This document shows positions 17,929-27,251 of a stretch of 64,000 nucleotides of DNA, piece by piece. The notes under the pieces are model-generated. The model was given only the letters and a program-made list of their open reading frames with translations, did no database searches and was not told the DNA's origin. Each line of letters begins with the position of its first letter. Within the stretch, counting starts at the first letter, position 1. The position numbers and the translations under genes are program-made. This stretch comes from an uncultured Bacteroidota bacterium (lineage in GTDB: Bacteria > Bacteroidota > Ignavibacteria > UBA10030 > UBA6906), in assembly GCA_963700635.1 (NCBI GenBank), contig CAVOYH010000003.1, forward strand, positions 544,001-608,000. The letters run 5' to 3'.

Positions 17929-19304
17929 CAGCGGCTGCCTCCTTCGCCGAGCAGTGCGGTCATGGCTTCATTCACGGATTCCACTTCGATGAGTGTGAGA
18001 CCTGCAGGGATCCGTGCGGCCTGGGCATTGTTGCGGGGAAGGACAATACATTTGAACCCGAGTTTCTGCACCTCCGCGAGGCGCTTGTCCATTTGATGGA
18101 TAGAGCGGATCTCTCCCCCGAGTCCAACTTCACCGATGACGGCGGCATCAGCGCGGACAGGGGTGTCACGCAGACTCGAAGCAATGGCGACGGCCATACC
18201 CAGATCGGCTGCAGGTTCGTCCACACGAACGCCGCCTGCGACATTGACAAACACGTCGTACTGGCCAAGCCGGAGACCCGCACGCTTTTCCAGCACTGCC
18301 AGAATCATCTGTAATCGCCGGCTGTCGAACCCGGTGGCAGTCCGCTGTGGCACCCCGTAACTTGTGGGAGCGACAAGAGCCTGTACTTCGACAAGAAGCG
18401 GTCGTGTCCCCTCCATACCCGCCACAACCGCAGAACCCGAGGCATCAGTCCGTCGTTCTGCAAGGAACACTGCCGATGGATTTTCGACCTCCCGCAACCC
18501 GGTATCGTGCATCTCAAAGATGCCGATCTCGTTTGTCGAACCAAACCTGTTTTTGATCGCCCGGATAATTCTGTACGCGTAATGGCGTTCGCCCTCAAAC
18601 ATGAGCACGGCGTCAACCATGTGTTCAACGACTTTGGGACCGGCGATGACGCCTTCTTTGGTCACATGGCCTACAAGAAAAACAGGAACATTGTTGGTTT
18701 TCGCGTGCCTCATAAACACACTTGTTGCCTCCCGCACCTGGCTGACCGTGCCGGGGGCACTCTCCAGGTGAGGATGATACATGGTTTGAACGGAGTCAAC
18801 GATCACCAGTTCTGCACTGGAATGCTCCAGCGTCGCACTGATCGTCTCCAGGTTTGTATCTGCAAGCAGAAGGACACGGTCAGAGGGTTTGGGTTCAAGG
18901 CGGTCAGCACGGAGACGGATCTGGGAGGCCGATTCTTCACCGGTAACATACAGTGTTGTCACGGAGCGTAACGAGGCCGCAAGCTGCATCATCAGTGTTG
19001 ATTTTCCGATACCCGGATCTCCACCCACCAGCACAACGGAACCGGGCACGATTCCACCCCCGAGGACGCGGTCAAGTTCAGGAATATGTGTTGTGAGCCG
19101 CGGCTCCGGGGCCGCCGGAATATCGGTAATGGCAACGGGCTCGAGGCCGCGGGGTTTGTTTCGGTTTTTTTTCTGTGCGGCTCCGCCTGTACGCACCTCT
19201 TCAACAAAGGAGTTCCAGGCATTACAGTTCGGGCAGCGCCCCACCCACCGGGGGGATTCATTCGCGCAGGCCTGACAGACGTAGATGGATTGATTTCTGG
19301 GCAT
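17928..19304 (-). CDS. radA: DNA repair protein RadA/Sms
   Basis: Zn finger CQAC..W.GRCPNC, Walker A GDPGIGKST, KNRFG motif and a Lon-like C-terminus. Start reassigned to ATG 19304 (MPRNQSIYVC). Confidence 0.96.
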   Translation of the reverse strand: MPRNQSIYVCQACANESPRWVGRCPNCNAWNSFVEEVRTGGAAQKKNRNKPRGLEPVAITDIPAAPEPRLTTHIPELDRVLGGGIVPGSVVLVGGDPGIGKSTLMMQLAASLRSVTTLYVTGEESASQIRLRADRLEPKPSDRVLLLADTNLETISATLEHSSAELVIVDSVQTMYHPHLESAPGTVSQVREATSVFMRHAKTNNVPVFLVGHVTKEGVIAGPKVVEHMVDAVLMFEGERHYAYRIIRAIKNRFGSTNEIGIFEMHDTGLREVENPSAVFLAERRTDASGSAVVAGMEGTRPLLVEVQALVAPTSYGVPQRTATGFDSRRLQMILAVLEKRAGLRLGQYDVFVNVAGGVRVDEPAADLGMAVAIASSLRDTPVRADAAVIGEVGLGGEIRSIHQMDKRLAEVQKLGFKCIVLPRNNAQAARIPAGLTLIEVESVNEAMTALLGEGGSR

Positions 19305-19317
19305 GGAGGTGTCTATT

Positions 19318-19357
19318 AATATAGCGAAACCCTGATATTTTTGCATCCCCATATCAG
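19318..19357. promoter_or_regulatory. radA promoter region with an inverted repeat (possible operator)
   Basis: Minus strand ATGCAA(19346-19341)-N17-TATATT(19323-19318). Dyad CTGATAT(19332-19338)-N12-ATATCAG(19351-19357) in the AT-rich divergent gap. Confidence 0.4.
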
Positions 19358-19391
19358 ACATAATATTTGTATATTAACCCCCGAACATTCA

Positions 19392-21176
19392 ATGCGGGAA
19401 ATCGTGCGGATGATTGGTCTCAGATCCTGTGTCATTGTCGCCTTCTTGTTCGTTTTCTCCCTGTCATCATTCTCCCGTCCCTCAAAATCTGTATCTCCCC
19501 CCGGAAGCGAGGTCCGCGCCGTATGGATAACGACGGCTTCCGGACTCGATTGGCCCCCTTCGGCAAGCCGGAGTGCGCAACAGAGCAGCCTGCGACGCAT
19601 CGTGCTGGAACTCAAGGAAAGAGGATTTAATACCCTCTTCTTCCAGGTCCGTGCCCGCGGTGACGCGTACTATCGTTCCCGGTTTGAGCCCTGGGCAGAG
19701 AATCTTACGGGTGTTCTGGGAAAAGATCCGGGGTGGGACCCTCTGGCCTTCCTTCTTCACGAAGCCCACGCACAAGGGCTTGAGGTTCATGCATGGATCA
19801 ATGTCTTCAAAATCCGCGGGCCCAATCCCGTTCCGCCCAGCACTCCCGAACACCCATCGCGTTCACTGGCCGGATCGTGCATCGTTCAGGGCGGCGAACT
19901 CTGGATGGATCCCGGACAGCCCGCGGTGCGCACCTACCTTGTCAACCTCGTCATGGACATCGTCCGGTCGTACGATATCGATGGCATCAATTTTGACTTT
20001 ATACGATATCCCGGAAATCGTTTTGCCGACGAGGAAACATATAGCCGATACGGCCGGGGCCTCTCCCTTCATGAATGGCGAAGAGGCAATATTACCGACT
20101 TCGTGCGGGAAGTGTACCACCGGGCGATTGACGTAAAACCTCTGCTCAAGATCGGTTCATCACCTCTCGGTGTGTACCGCGACGATACCAACGGCCGGCA
20201 GAGGGGGAGTTACTACTGGGTGTTCCAGGATTCCTACAGGTGGTTGCGCGAGGGCGTCATGGATTATTTGTCACCGCAGGTGTACTGGATGATCAATCCG
20301 TGGAACGGTGAGCCCGACTTCGCACGCGTTGTTACCCGATGGAGCGAGCTGTCAGCCGGAAGGCATGTGTATGCAGGGATCGCGGCATACCGGCCGGATA
20401 TTCAAAAGAATCTTCAGCCTTATGTTGATTCAAGCCGGGCGGTACATCTCCAGGGTCACGTTTTTTTTCGATGGGAAAGTATAACCCCGACCACGTTTCC
20501 CGGCACACGATATCCGACGCTGGCAAACATCCCCCCCATGGCGTGGAAGGACTCAATCCCTCCCAATCCGGTGACGGACATTTCCGTTGCGGAAGCTGAA
20601 CCGGGGGTCTATCGCGTACAATGGAGTCGTCCGGCAATGGCTTCGGATGGTGATACCGCACGCTACTACAATGTGTACCGTTGGACAATCCCCCATATCC
20701 CCCTCCATCTTCCTGAGGCCCGTCTCGCCATCACCCTGCCTGGCACATTTTCTTTCGTGGATTCCACCGCGGGAGACGGGCGATCGCGGTTCTTTTACGC
20801 CGTGACTGCGTTTGACCGAATGCACAACGAAAGTCTGCCTTCACCTGTGGTCTCTACACATGCTGAACCGGTCTTGATCGCCCGTCCACCGTCACCCCCA
20901 AAACCTGTATCCCTGAGTGTGACTGTCGAACATGCCACCGGACTTCCCACCCAGGTGCGCTACAGCCTTCCTCTAAAAACACGGGTTGCTCTTGATATTG
21001 TTCTCAGACGAGACGGCATTCCCGACACCCTTCAGGCCATGCTCGTGAGGGCCGTCCAGGAGGAAGGAACCTACCGGGTGAATATCAACAACATTCAGTT
21101 GCCGGCCGGATCGTATATCCTCCGGTTGACAACGGAACTGAACACGGTTGAACAGGATCTCACCGTTGAGCCGTAG
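19392..21176 (+). CDS. GHL10 (YddW/DigH-like) glycoside hydrolase with an FN3-like domain and a T9SS-CTD-like tail
   Basis: EVRAVWITT..GLDWP, FFQVR.RGDAYY.S.FEPW, DPGWDPL, GLEVHAW.N, YDIDGI.FD.IRYP and DYLSPQVYW. FN3-like region with YYNVYR and FFYAVTAFDR.HNES. Start is ATG 19392 or 19410. Confidence 0.85.
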   Translation: MREIVRMIGLRSCVIVAFLFVFSLSSFSRPSKSVSPPGSEVRAVWITTASGLDWPPSASRSAQQSSLRRIVLELKERGFNTLFFQVRARGDAYYRSRFEPWAENLTGVLGKDPGWDPLAFLLHEAHAQGLEVHAWINVFKIRGPNPVPPSTPEHPSRSLAGSCIVQGGELWMDPGQPAVRTYLVNLVMDIVRSYDIDGINFDFIRYPGNRFADEETYSRYGRGLSLHEWRRGNITDFVREVYHRAIDVKPLLKIGSSPLGVYRDDTNGRQRGSYYWVFQDSYRWLREGVMDYLSPQVYWMINPWNGEPDFARVVTRWSELSAGRHVYAGIAAYRPDIQKNLQPYVDSSRAVHLQGHVFFRWESITPTTFPGTRYPTLANIPPMAWKDSIPPNPVTDISVAEAEPGVYRVQWSRPAMASDGDTARYYNVYRWTIPHIPLHLPEARLAITLPGTFSFVDSTAGDGRSRFFYAVTAFDRMHNESLPSPVVSTHAEPVLIARPPSPPKPVSLSVTVEHATGLPTQVRYSLPLKTRVALDIVLRRDGIPDTLQAMLVRAVQEEGTYRVNINNIQLPAGSYILRLTTELNTVEQDLTVEP

Positions 21177-21266
21177 TCTTCGTCCCTTCCCGCGGCAACA
21201 AAGACCATTGATCGCCAGGGGTGAATGTCACCAACAGTACAACCGTAGTTGATGCCAGGAAGAAGC

Positions 21267-22547
21267 TTATTGAAGGCCCATCACGCGGACCAACCAGAGG
21301 CTCAGGTCCGGAACGTACGTAATGATGGCCAGTGCAATCACGAGGATCAGCATAAACGGAAGGACCGAGCGGACCACAGTAAACACCGGTTTGTCGAAGC
21401 GCAGGCTGGAAATAAACAGATTAAGTCCGACCGGGGGGGTAAGATAACCAATCTCCAGGTTGGTGAGGAACACAATCCCGAGATGTACCGGATCAACACC
21501 ATAGGCCTGGGCGATAGGTATGATCAGGGGGACCACCACAATGATGGCCGAAAAAATGTCCATCATCATTCCCACGATGATCAGAAACACATTCAGGATG
21601 AGGAGAAAGACGATGGGATCGTTGATCAACGTCTTCGTCATTTCGAACAACTGCATGGGCACCTGTTCATCCACCAGGTAATTGGTCAACCCCATGGCTG
21701 TGCCAATAATCATCAGGATTGCCCCCACAAGAAGCATGCTCTCCCGCATGACCCGGGGGATATCAGGAAACAACTTCAGATCGTGATACACGAACACTTC
21801 CACGATCAGCACATAGAATGCTGTCACCGCAGCAGCTTCGGTTGCAGTTACAATTCCGGTATAGATGCCGCCGATAATCAGGACGGGGAGCGGGATTTCC
21901 CATGCTGTTTTCCGGAGGGCGGTCCACACATCACGCAGGACGAACGGCGTTCGGGGGACTTTTACCCGGACGCCATAACGAATACTGTAGGCACCGAGGG
22001 CGAGGACGAGCAGGGTGCCGGGAATGATCCCGGCCGCGAAGAGTTTATCAACACTGATCTTTGCGATGACGGCGTACAGGATCAAAGGGAGGCTTGGCGG
22101 GAATAGCAGTCCGAGGCTCCCCGATGTCGTGACCAGTCCGAGCGAGAACCGCTCGCTGTATTTCTCATTCAGAAGGATGGGATACAGCAATCCGCCCAGC
22201 GCGACGATCGTTACACCCGACGCACCCGTAAACGCGGTAAACAGGGCACACGTGATGAGGGCGACAACGGCGAGTCCTCCCGGTATCCACCCGAACAGCG
22301 CACGGGCGAGGTTCACGAGGCGTGTTGGCGCCTTACTCTCTGCAAGAATGTATCCTGCAAATGTGAAAAGCGGTATTGCAACCAGCGTCGGGTTGCTGCC
22401 AATACGGTACAGCTCCACAATCACGGCGGATGAATCGATGCCTTCGGCGGTAAAACTCATCATGGCAACGGCGCCGATGACGGCAAACAACGGAGCGCCC
22501 AGGAGTGCCAGAAGAACAAACGCCGCACCGATCAGCAGGGTTTCCAT
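21267..22547 (-). CDS. dctM: TRAP transporter large permease DctM
   Basis: LVAIPLFTFAG, FTGASG, GSLGLLFPPS, TATEAA and GYLTPPVGLNLF. Confidence 0.95.
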   Translation of the reverse strand: METLLIGAAFVLLALLGAPLFAVIGAVAMMSFTAEGIDSSAVIVELYRIGSNPTLVAIPLFTFAGYILAESKAPTRLVNLARALFGWIPGGLAVVALITCALFTAFTGASGVTIVALGGLLYPILLNEKYSERFSLGLVTTSGSLGLLFPPSLPLILYAVIAKISVDKLFAAGIIPGTLLVLALGAYSIRYGVRVKVPRTPFVLRDVWTALRKTAWEIPLPVLIIGGIYTGIVTATEAAAVTAFYVLIVEVFVYHDLKLFPDIPRVMRESMLLVGAILMIIGTAMGLTNYLVDEQVPMQLFEMTKTLINDPIVFLLILNVFLIIVGMMMDIFSAIIVVVPLIIPIAQAYGVDPVHLGIVFLTNLEIGYLTPPVGLNLFISSLRFDKPVFTVVRSVLPFMLILVIALAIITYVPDLSLWLVRVMGLQ

Positions 22548-22550
22548 CGG

Positions 22551-23054
22551 CTACCGTCCCGACTCCGCCTGCGGCCACAGGAGCGAGAGTATCTGGCCGA
22601 TAACCCGGAGGCCGAAATGCACCATAATGAGGGCATAGCCGAACGGGATGATTACCACAGCTACCCAGCCTGGCAACGACAGGATAAATTCACCCCCCGA
22701 TTCCATCTCGTTCAGCAAGAATGTCCACGATGCCATGGTGAGATAGTAGCACACAACAGCGGCAAAAAGGTTGGTAAGTATGCCCGTGAGGGATTTTACG
22801 CGTGCGGAAAAAAATTTGGTGAGGGCGTCGATACTGATGTGACGGCCTTCGAATGCAGCCAATGCCCCCCCGACAAACCCCGCCCACAGCACCATGTGGC
22901 GTACAAGTGTATCTCCCCAGATCAATCCTGTGCCGAACACGTTCCGGAGAACAACCTGCGCAAAGGCAAAGAGCACCATGGTACCCAGAAAGACGACCAG
23001 AAGGACGGTCTCGACCTTTGCCAGGGCACGATCTATACTGACAATCAGATTCAT
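22551..23054 (-). CDS. dctQ: TRAP transporter small permease DctQ
   Basis: Four TM helices with QVVLRNVF, W...LVR..VLW.GF.G and HISID. Confidence 0.93.
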   Translation of the reverse strand: MNLIVSIDRALAKVETVLLVVFLGTMVLFAFAQVVLRNVFGTGLIWGDTLVRHMVLWAGFVGGALAAFEGRHISIDALTKFFSARVKSLTGILTNLFAAVVCYYLTMASWTFLLNEMESGGEFILSLPGWVAVVIIPFGYALIMVHFGLRVIGQILSLLWPQAESGR

Positions 23055-24082
23055 TTCTTCTTGCCGACGTGCGCTGCCCTAAAATCTGTTACGGACTTCT
23101 CCACACGATTGAGAAAATCCTGGTCAAACAGTCTTCCGACAAGCGACTGACGCGCGATCTTTCCCTTGGCGGAAAATTCCTGGAGTGTTTTCGGGTTGGT
23201 GACTTCAATAATCTGGATGCCGTTACGCTTCATGGTGTGAATCGCCGCGGCGTTTTCCTCGCGGCTCTTCGTTGTGAGCCGGGCCATAAATTTCTTCCCG
23301 TTCCGCACAAGGATTTCCTGAAGATCGGACGGCAGCGTGTCGAATTTCTTTTTGGAAACTACCACAGCGCCGGAAGCGTCGGCCAGAGGGACGTTCAGCA
23401 TGTACTTGACTCGTGTATTCCATTGCAGGGCAACGGCAGCCAGAGGCGAGGTATATGCTCCGTTGATCAATCCGGTTTGCAGGGAGGTAAGTACATCAAC
23501 GACCGAGAGGGGGATGGGGCTTATGCCCAGAGCACGAAAAGCCGCCTCGGCAATCTGGTCTCCTTCCCATGACCACATCTTCACACCATTCATGTCGGCA
23601 ACTGAGCGCACCGGCGTATTGGTGAGCACATACACAAAACCCACCTCCGCCCACCCGAGCAGGACGTAATCATTGTTTACAAATTCCCGGTCCAGCTCAG
23701 CCGAAAATGTTCTGAGGAAATGGTCCACTTCGTCGTACTGCTCGAAAAGAAACGGTGCATCATGAATGCGGAGCTTCGAAGATATTTCTCCGATACCAAC
23801 ACCGGTAATACCTGCGCTATGCAGCTGCCCGATCCGGATTTTACGCATCACATCCTTGTCTTCGCCCTGCACCCCACCGGCATAAATCCTGAAACCAAGT
23901 CGGCCGCCGCTTTCCTTCCGGATCGCGGCATCGTATTCCCTCATCACATTCAGCCAGGTACTCCCTTCGGTGGCAAGACTGGCGAACTTGATTGTATGCT
24001 CTTGGGCAGTCGAGGTTGATCCCATGGCAAGGGTCAACATGCAGAGGCATGCGACCACCATGGACATGTATGGATGCTTCAC
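23051..24082 (-). CDS. dctP: TRAP substrate-binding protein DctP (TatP-like)
   Basis: Signal peptide (...STA|QEH), IKFASLA.EGSTW, YAGGVQG.D..V.RK.RIGQL, LGWAEVGF and V.TSLQTG. Confidence 0.92.
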   Translation of the reverse strand: MKHPYMSMVVACLCMLTLAMGSTSTAQEHTIKFASLATEGSTWLNVMREYDAAIRKESGGRLGFRIYAGGVQGEDKDVMRKIRIGQLHSAGITGVGIGEISSKLRIHDAPFLFEQYDEVDHFLRTFSAELDREFVNNDYVLLGWAEVGFVYVLTNTPVRSVADMNGVKMWSWEGDQIAEAAFRALGISPIPLSVVDVLTSLQTGLINGAYTSPLAAVALQWNTRVKYMLNVPLADASGAVVVSKKKFDTLPSDLQEILVRNGKKFMARLTTKSREENAAAIHTMKRNGIQIIEVTNPKTLQEFSAKGKIARQSLVGRLFDQDFLNRVEKSVTDFRAAHVGKKK

Positions 24083-24100
24083 TCTCCAGGTCCTTTCTTG

Positions 24101-24958
24101 TCAGAACAGATCAGCGCGGCGGGACATCAGCAACTGCGCCTTCTTTTTTGCGATGGCGTTGGCCAGACGAAATTCCGGGAGGATTTCGAGAGATGCTTCT
24201 TCCACCGTACGGAGGCACGCATCAAACAACTCTTCGTCAAGGGTCTGCACTGCGACAGATCTGGCCTGGTACACATATGTCATGAGGAACTTGCCGCCAT
24301 TCAAACGAAGCGCCTTGTCAAAATGTCTCCGTGCGAGATCAATATTGCCGCCAAGAATCTTGGGCCTGCTTCCATAGAGCGTGCCCAGGAAGACATGCGC
24401 GCCACCGTAATAGTAAGCGGAATCGTGCCGGGTGACAAATTCCATCAGTGCTTCCGCACGAGGCAGGTCGCCGATGGCGTCGGGATTGTCCAGGCTCAGG
24501 TAAATGAAGCTTCCCCAGCCAAAGGCCGTCCAGAACGCTCCCGGGACCAGGGCCTTGCCTCTTTTATCCAGCACAGCCCTCAAATCATCAAGAGTTCCGT
24601 CCAGGGCTCTGGCAAGCTCTTTGTCCTGCCTCAGAATCCGGAGGCCAAAGTCCCGGCCACGAAGGTAGAAGTCTTTTGCGCGCTCGTGAAGACTGTCCTC
24701 CAGATATGCAAGCGCATAGCTGCTGTATCCCTGGCTGAGCAGAACAAGGAGGCGGGCATTGTCCGGATCACTTTTCAGCATCACCTCGAGCAGCTTGATG
24801 TTGCCCGGCAGGGCCTTCTCCGCAAAATCCAGATCGGATTCGCCCGTAATGGCGCCAAAGCCGTCATAGACAATGTCACCGACGGTGGATACCGCAATGC
24901 CCTGAATACAACCGGAGAAAAGGAGGACGAAGGCTAACAGAGAAAGAAGTCGTGTCAT
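24101..24958 (-). CDS. TRAP transporter TatT component (TPAT lipoprotein with cryptic TPRs)
   Basis: Start ATG 24958 with lipobox LFSG|C. E.DL.FA..ALP..IKLLE, ARLL..L..GY.SYA.A, YY.GGAH..LG.LY..RP.ILGG and N.IAK.KA..L. Lies directly upstream of dctPQM. Confidence 0.85.
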   Translation of the reverse strand: MTRLLSLLAFVLLFSGCIQGIAVSTVGDIVYDGFGAITGESDLDFAEKALPGNIKLLEVMLKSDPDNARLLVLLSQGYSSYALAYLEDSLHERAKDFYLRGRDFGLRILRQDKELARALDGTLDDLRAVLDKRGKALVPGAFWTAFGWGSFIYLSLDNPDAIGDLPRAEALMEFVTRHDSAYYYGGAHVFLGTLYGSRPKILGGNIDLARRHFDKALRLNGGKFLMTYVYQARSVAVQTLDEELFDACLRTVEEASLEILPEFRLANAIAKKKAQLLMSRRADLF

Positions 24959-24988
24959 AGGGCAGCTCGAACCTGAACGATAATGAAA

Positions 24989-25017
24989 AATATATATAAA
25001 ACTGCATTGGATAGCAA
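24989..25017 (-). promoter_or_regulatory. sigma70-type promoter for the tatT-dctPQM operon
   Basis: Minus strand TTGCTA(25017-25012)-N17-TATATT(24994-24989). Confidence 0.6.
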
Positions 25018-25054
25018 CACAACCGGGCTTTACGGCGTCTTCTTCCCCTCTCCT

Positions 25055-25083
25055 TTGCAACTCTTTCAAAAATCTGCTAACTT
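25055..25083 (+). promoter_or_regulatory. sigma70-type promoter for the response regulator, probably leaderless
   Basis: TTGCAA(25055-25060)-N17-TAACTT(25078-25083). The ATG follows 5 nt later at 25089 with no SD. Confidence 0.55.
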
Positions 25084-25088
25084 TTGGT

Positions 25089-25760
25089 ATGCGTATTCTC
25101 GTAGTCGAAGACGAAAAGAAAGTGGCCCGCTTCATCCAGCAGGGTCTTGAAGAAGAACACTACCTGGTGGATGTCGCTCACGACGGCCAGCAAGGGCTCA
25201 GCATGGCGGAGACCCTGAAGTACGACGCCATTGTGCTGGATGTGATGCTCCCAGGCAAAGACGGCATCACCTTTACCAGAGAATTCAGGGCGTTGAAAAA
25301 AACCACGCCGATCCTGATGCTTACAGCAAAAACATCAACGGAAGAAAAGGTGTCGGGGCTTGACAGCGGTGCCGACGATTACCTCACCAAGCCGTTTGCC
25401 TTTGCGGAACTTCTCGCGCGCCTTCGTTCGCTCCTGCGGCGCGGCACACAGGAAAAGACAACCGTTCTCTCGCTGGGCGACCTCGTCCTGGATACGGTGT
25501 CGCACAAGGCCCGGCGTGCCGATCGGTCTATTGACCTTACGGCGAAGGAGTACGCGCTGCTGGAATTTTTCCTCCGTAACAAGGAACGCGTACTCAGCCG
25601 CACCATCATTGCCGAACATATCTGGGACTACCACTTCGATACCGGGACCAATCTGATCGACGTGTATATCAACCACCTGCGCAACAAAGTAGACACCGGT
25701 TTCGAAAAGAAATTGATCCACACGGTCCGGGGTGTCGGATACGTGATGAAAGAGGATTAA
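25089..25760 (+). CDS. OmpR/PhoB-family response regulator (CusR/CzcR-like)
   Basis: ILVVEDE, LDVMLP, GADDYLTKPF and a winged helix NLIDVYINHLR.K...IHTVRGVGY. Confidence 0.95.
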   Translation: MRILVVEDEKKVARFIQQGLEEEHYLVDVAHDGQQGLSMAETLKYDAIVLDVMLPGKDGITFTREFRALKKTTPILMLTAKTSTEEKVSGLDSGADDYLTKPFAFAELLARLRSLLRRGTQEKTTVLSLGDLVLDTVSHKARRADRSIDLTAKEYALLEFFLRNKERVLSRTIIAEHIWDYHFDTGTNLIDVYINHLRNKVDTGFEKKLIHTVRGVGYVMKED

Positions 25761-25764
25761 GCGC

Positions 25765-27237
25765 ATGGCTTTTATCTTTCGATCGGTACGGACGCGACTG
25801 ACGCTCTGGTACACGCTGCTCCTGCTTTCCACACTGGTCCTTTTTGGCGTCCTTGCGTACTACTTTACCGGCCAAACTCTCTCGGAAAATCTTGATCTTT
25901 CCCTGAGGGCCGAAGCGCGGTGGATGCGCGACTTTATCCAGCCGCAGGCAAGCAAGATCAAGCCCGGGAAACGATCCATTGACATCATCCTCGGCAAGAA
26001 GGCCCGCCGGGCAGAGTCACAGGAGCTCACCGGCGAGGACAGTACGGTGGAAGAGTCGGATGAGATCTGGAACCAGATTTTCCGGCACAGTCTCCAGAAT
26101 ACAAAGAAGACCTATTTTCAATTCAGCGACCGCAGGGGGAACATCCTGCACCGCTCATACAGTCTGGGCACAGACAGTCTCGTCGTAACAGACACGATCA
26201 GCTCCGCCAGCATCCTGCTTACCACCGTGTATCTCAACGGCGAACCGGTGCGCATAGCCGCCACACGTGACCGGAACTTCACGTATTACGTGGGATACCC
26301 TATTGCAGACCTGCGCGAGCTGCTTGACAACCTGTTTGTGATCTTTCTCATCCTTATCCCTATCGCGGTTGCGCTTTCTATTATTGGCGGGCTGGCGCTT
26401 GCCACAAAAGCGCTCCAGCCGGTAGATGAAGTGACCACGCGTGCGCGGACAATCACCGCACAGAACCTTGACCAGACCATCCCGGTCCGGATAATTGATG
26501 ACGAAATCGGACGTCTTATCGCCACCATCAATGACATGATCGGCCGCTTACATGCCTCCTTTGCCCAGGTGCGGCAGTTTTCCGCAGATGCGTCACATGA
26601 GCTCCGGACACCGCTCACCGTGATCCGCGGAGAGATTGAACTGGCCCTGCGGAGCAAGAAGAATCCCAAGGAATACCGCAGAGTGCTTGAAAGCACGCTC
26701 GAGGAAATCCTCCGCCTTACGTCCATCATCAACAACCTTCTGGTCCTTGCAAAGGCCGAGCAGGGTCTGACGAAAGCGGATTTTTCAGAGGTGGATCTGG
26801 AGAGTCTGGTGGAGGAGTTGTACGAAGACAGCACGATTCTTGCCGGCGGAAAAAATATTGTGGTTACTCTGCAAATGAACACGCCGATGACCATTGTAGG
26901 CGACCGGACCCGCCTCCGTCAGCTGTTTCTCAACCTGATCGACAATGCAATCAAATACACACCCGAAGGCGGAGCGGTAACGCTCGCCATGGAAAAACAG
27001 AACGGCTCTGCTGTATTCCGTATCGAGGACACCGGCATTGGCATACCGCCTGAAGATATCACGAAGATCTTTGACAGGTTTTACCGGGTGGATAAGGCCC
27101 GCTCGCGCGAGCTGGGGGGGACGGGGCTTGGACTGTCGATCGCAAAATGGATCGCCGAATTGCACCGCGGCACCATCGCCGTCACCAGTGAACCCCACCG
27201 GGGGTCGGTGTTTACGGTGCAACTCCCCCTCAATTAA
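25765..27237 (+). CDS. HAMP-domain sensor histidine kinase
   Basis: Two TM helices, HAMP, H-box FSADASHELRTPL, N-box NLIDNAIKY and G boxes DTGIGI and GGTGLGL. Confidence 0.95.
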   Translation: MAFIFRSVRTRLTLWYTLLLLSTLVLFGVLAYYFTGQTLSENLDLSLRAEARWMRDFIQPQASKIKPGKRSIDIILGKKARRAESQELTGEDSTVEESDEIWNQIFRHSLQNTKKTYFQFSDRRGNILHRSYSLGTDSLVVTDTISSASILLTTVYLNGEPVRIAATRDRNFTYYVGYPIADLRELLDNLFVIFLILIPIAVALSIIGGLALATKALQPVDEVTTRARTITAQNLDQTIPVRIIDDEIGRLIATINDMIGRLHASFAQVRQFSADASHELRTPLTVIRGEIELALRSKKNPKEYRRVLESTLEEILRLTSIINNLLVLAKAEQGLTKADFSEVDLESLVEELYEDSTILAGGKNIVVTLQMNTPMTIVGDRTRLRQLFLNLIDNAIKYTPEGGAVTLAMEKQNGSAVFRIEDTGIGIPPEDITKIFDRFYRVDKARSRELGGTGLGLSIAKWIAELHRGTIAVTSEPHRGSVFTVQLPLN

Positions 27238-27251
27238 CCGCAGAGTATCCC

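Noticed and set aside
24959-25135. N-terminal extension of TatT in the ORF track (similar cases at 8641, 12636, 19361, 37790, 52548, 55503, 59943)
   Set aside because: These extensions overlap neighbouring genes or promoters. Downstream starts fit better (signal peptides, lipoboxes, SD sites or family N-termini).
25089-27237. cusRS/czcRS metal-resistance assignment
   Set aside because: Only family-level resemblance. No efflux genes are nearby and I see no His/Met-rich sensor motif.
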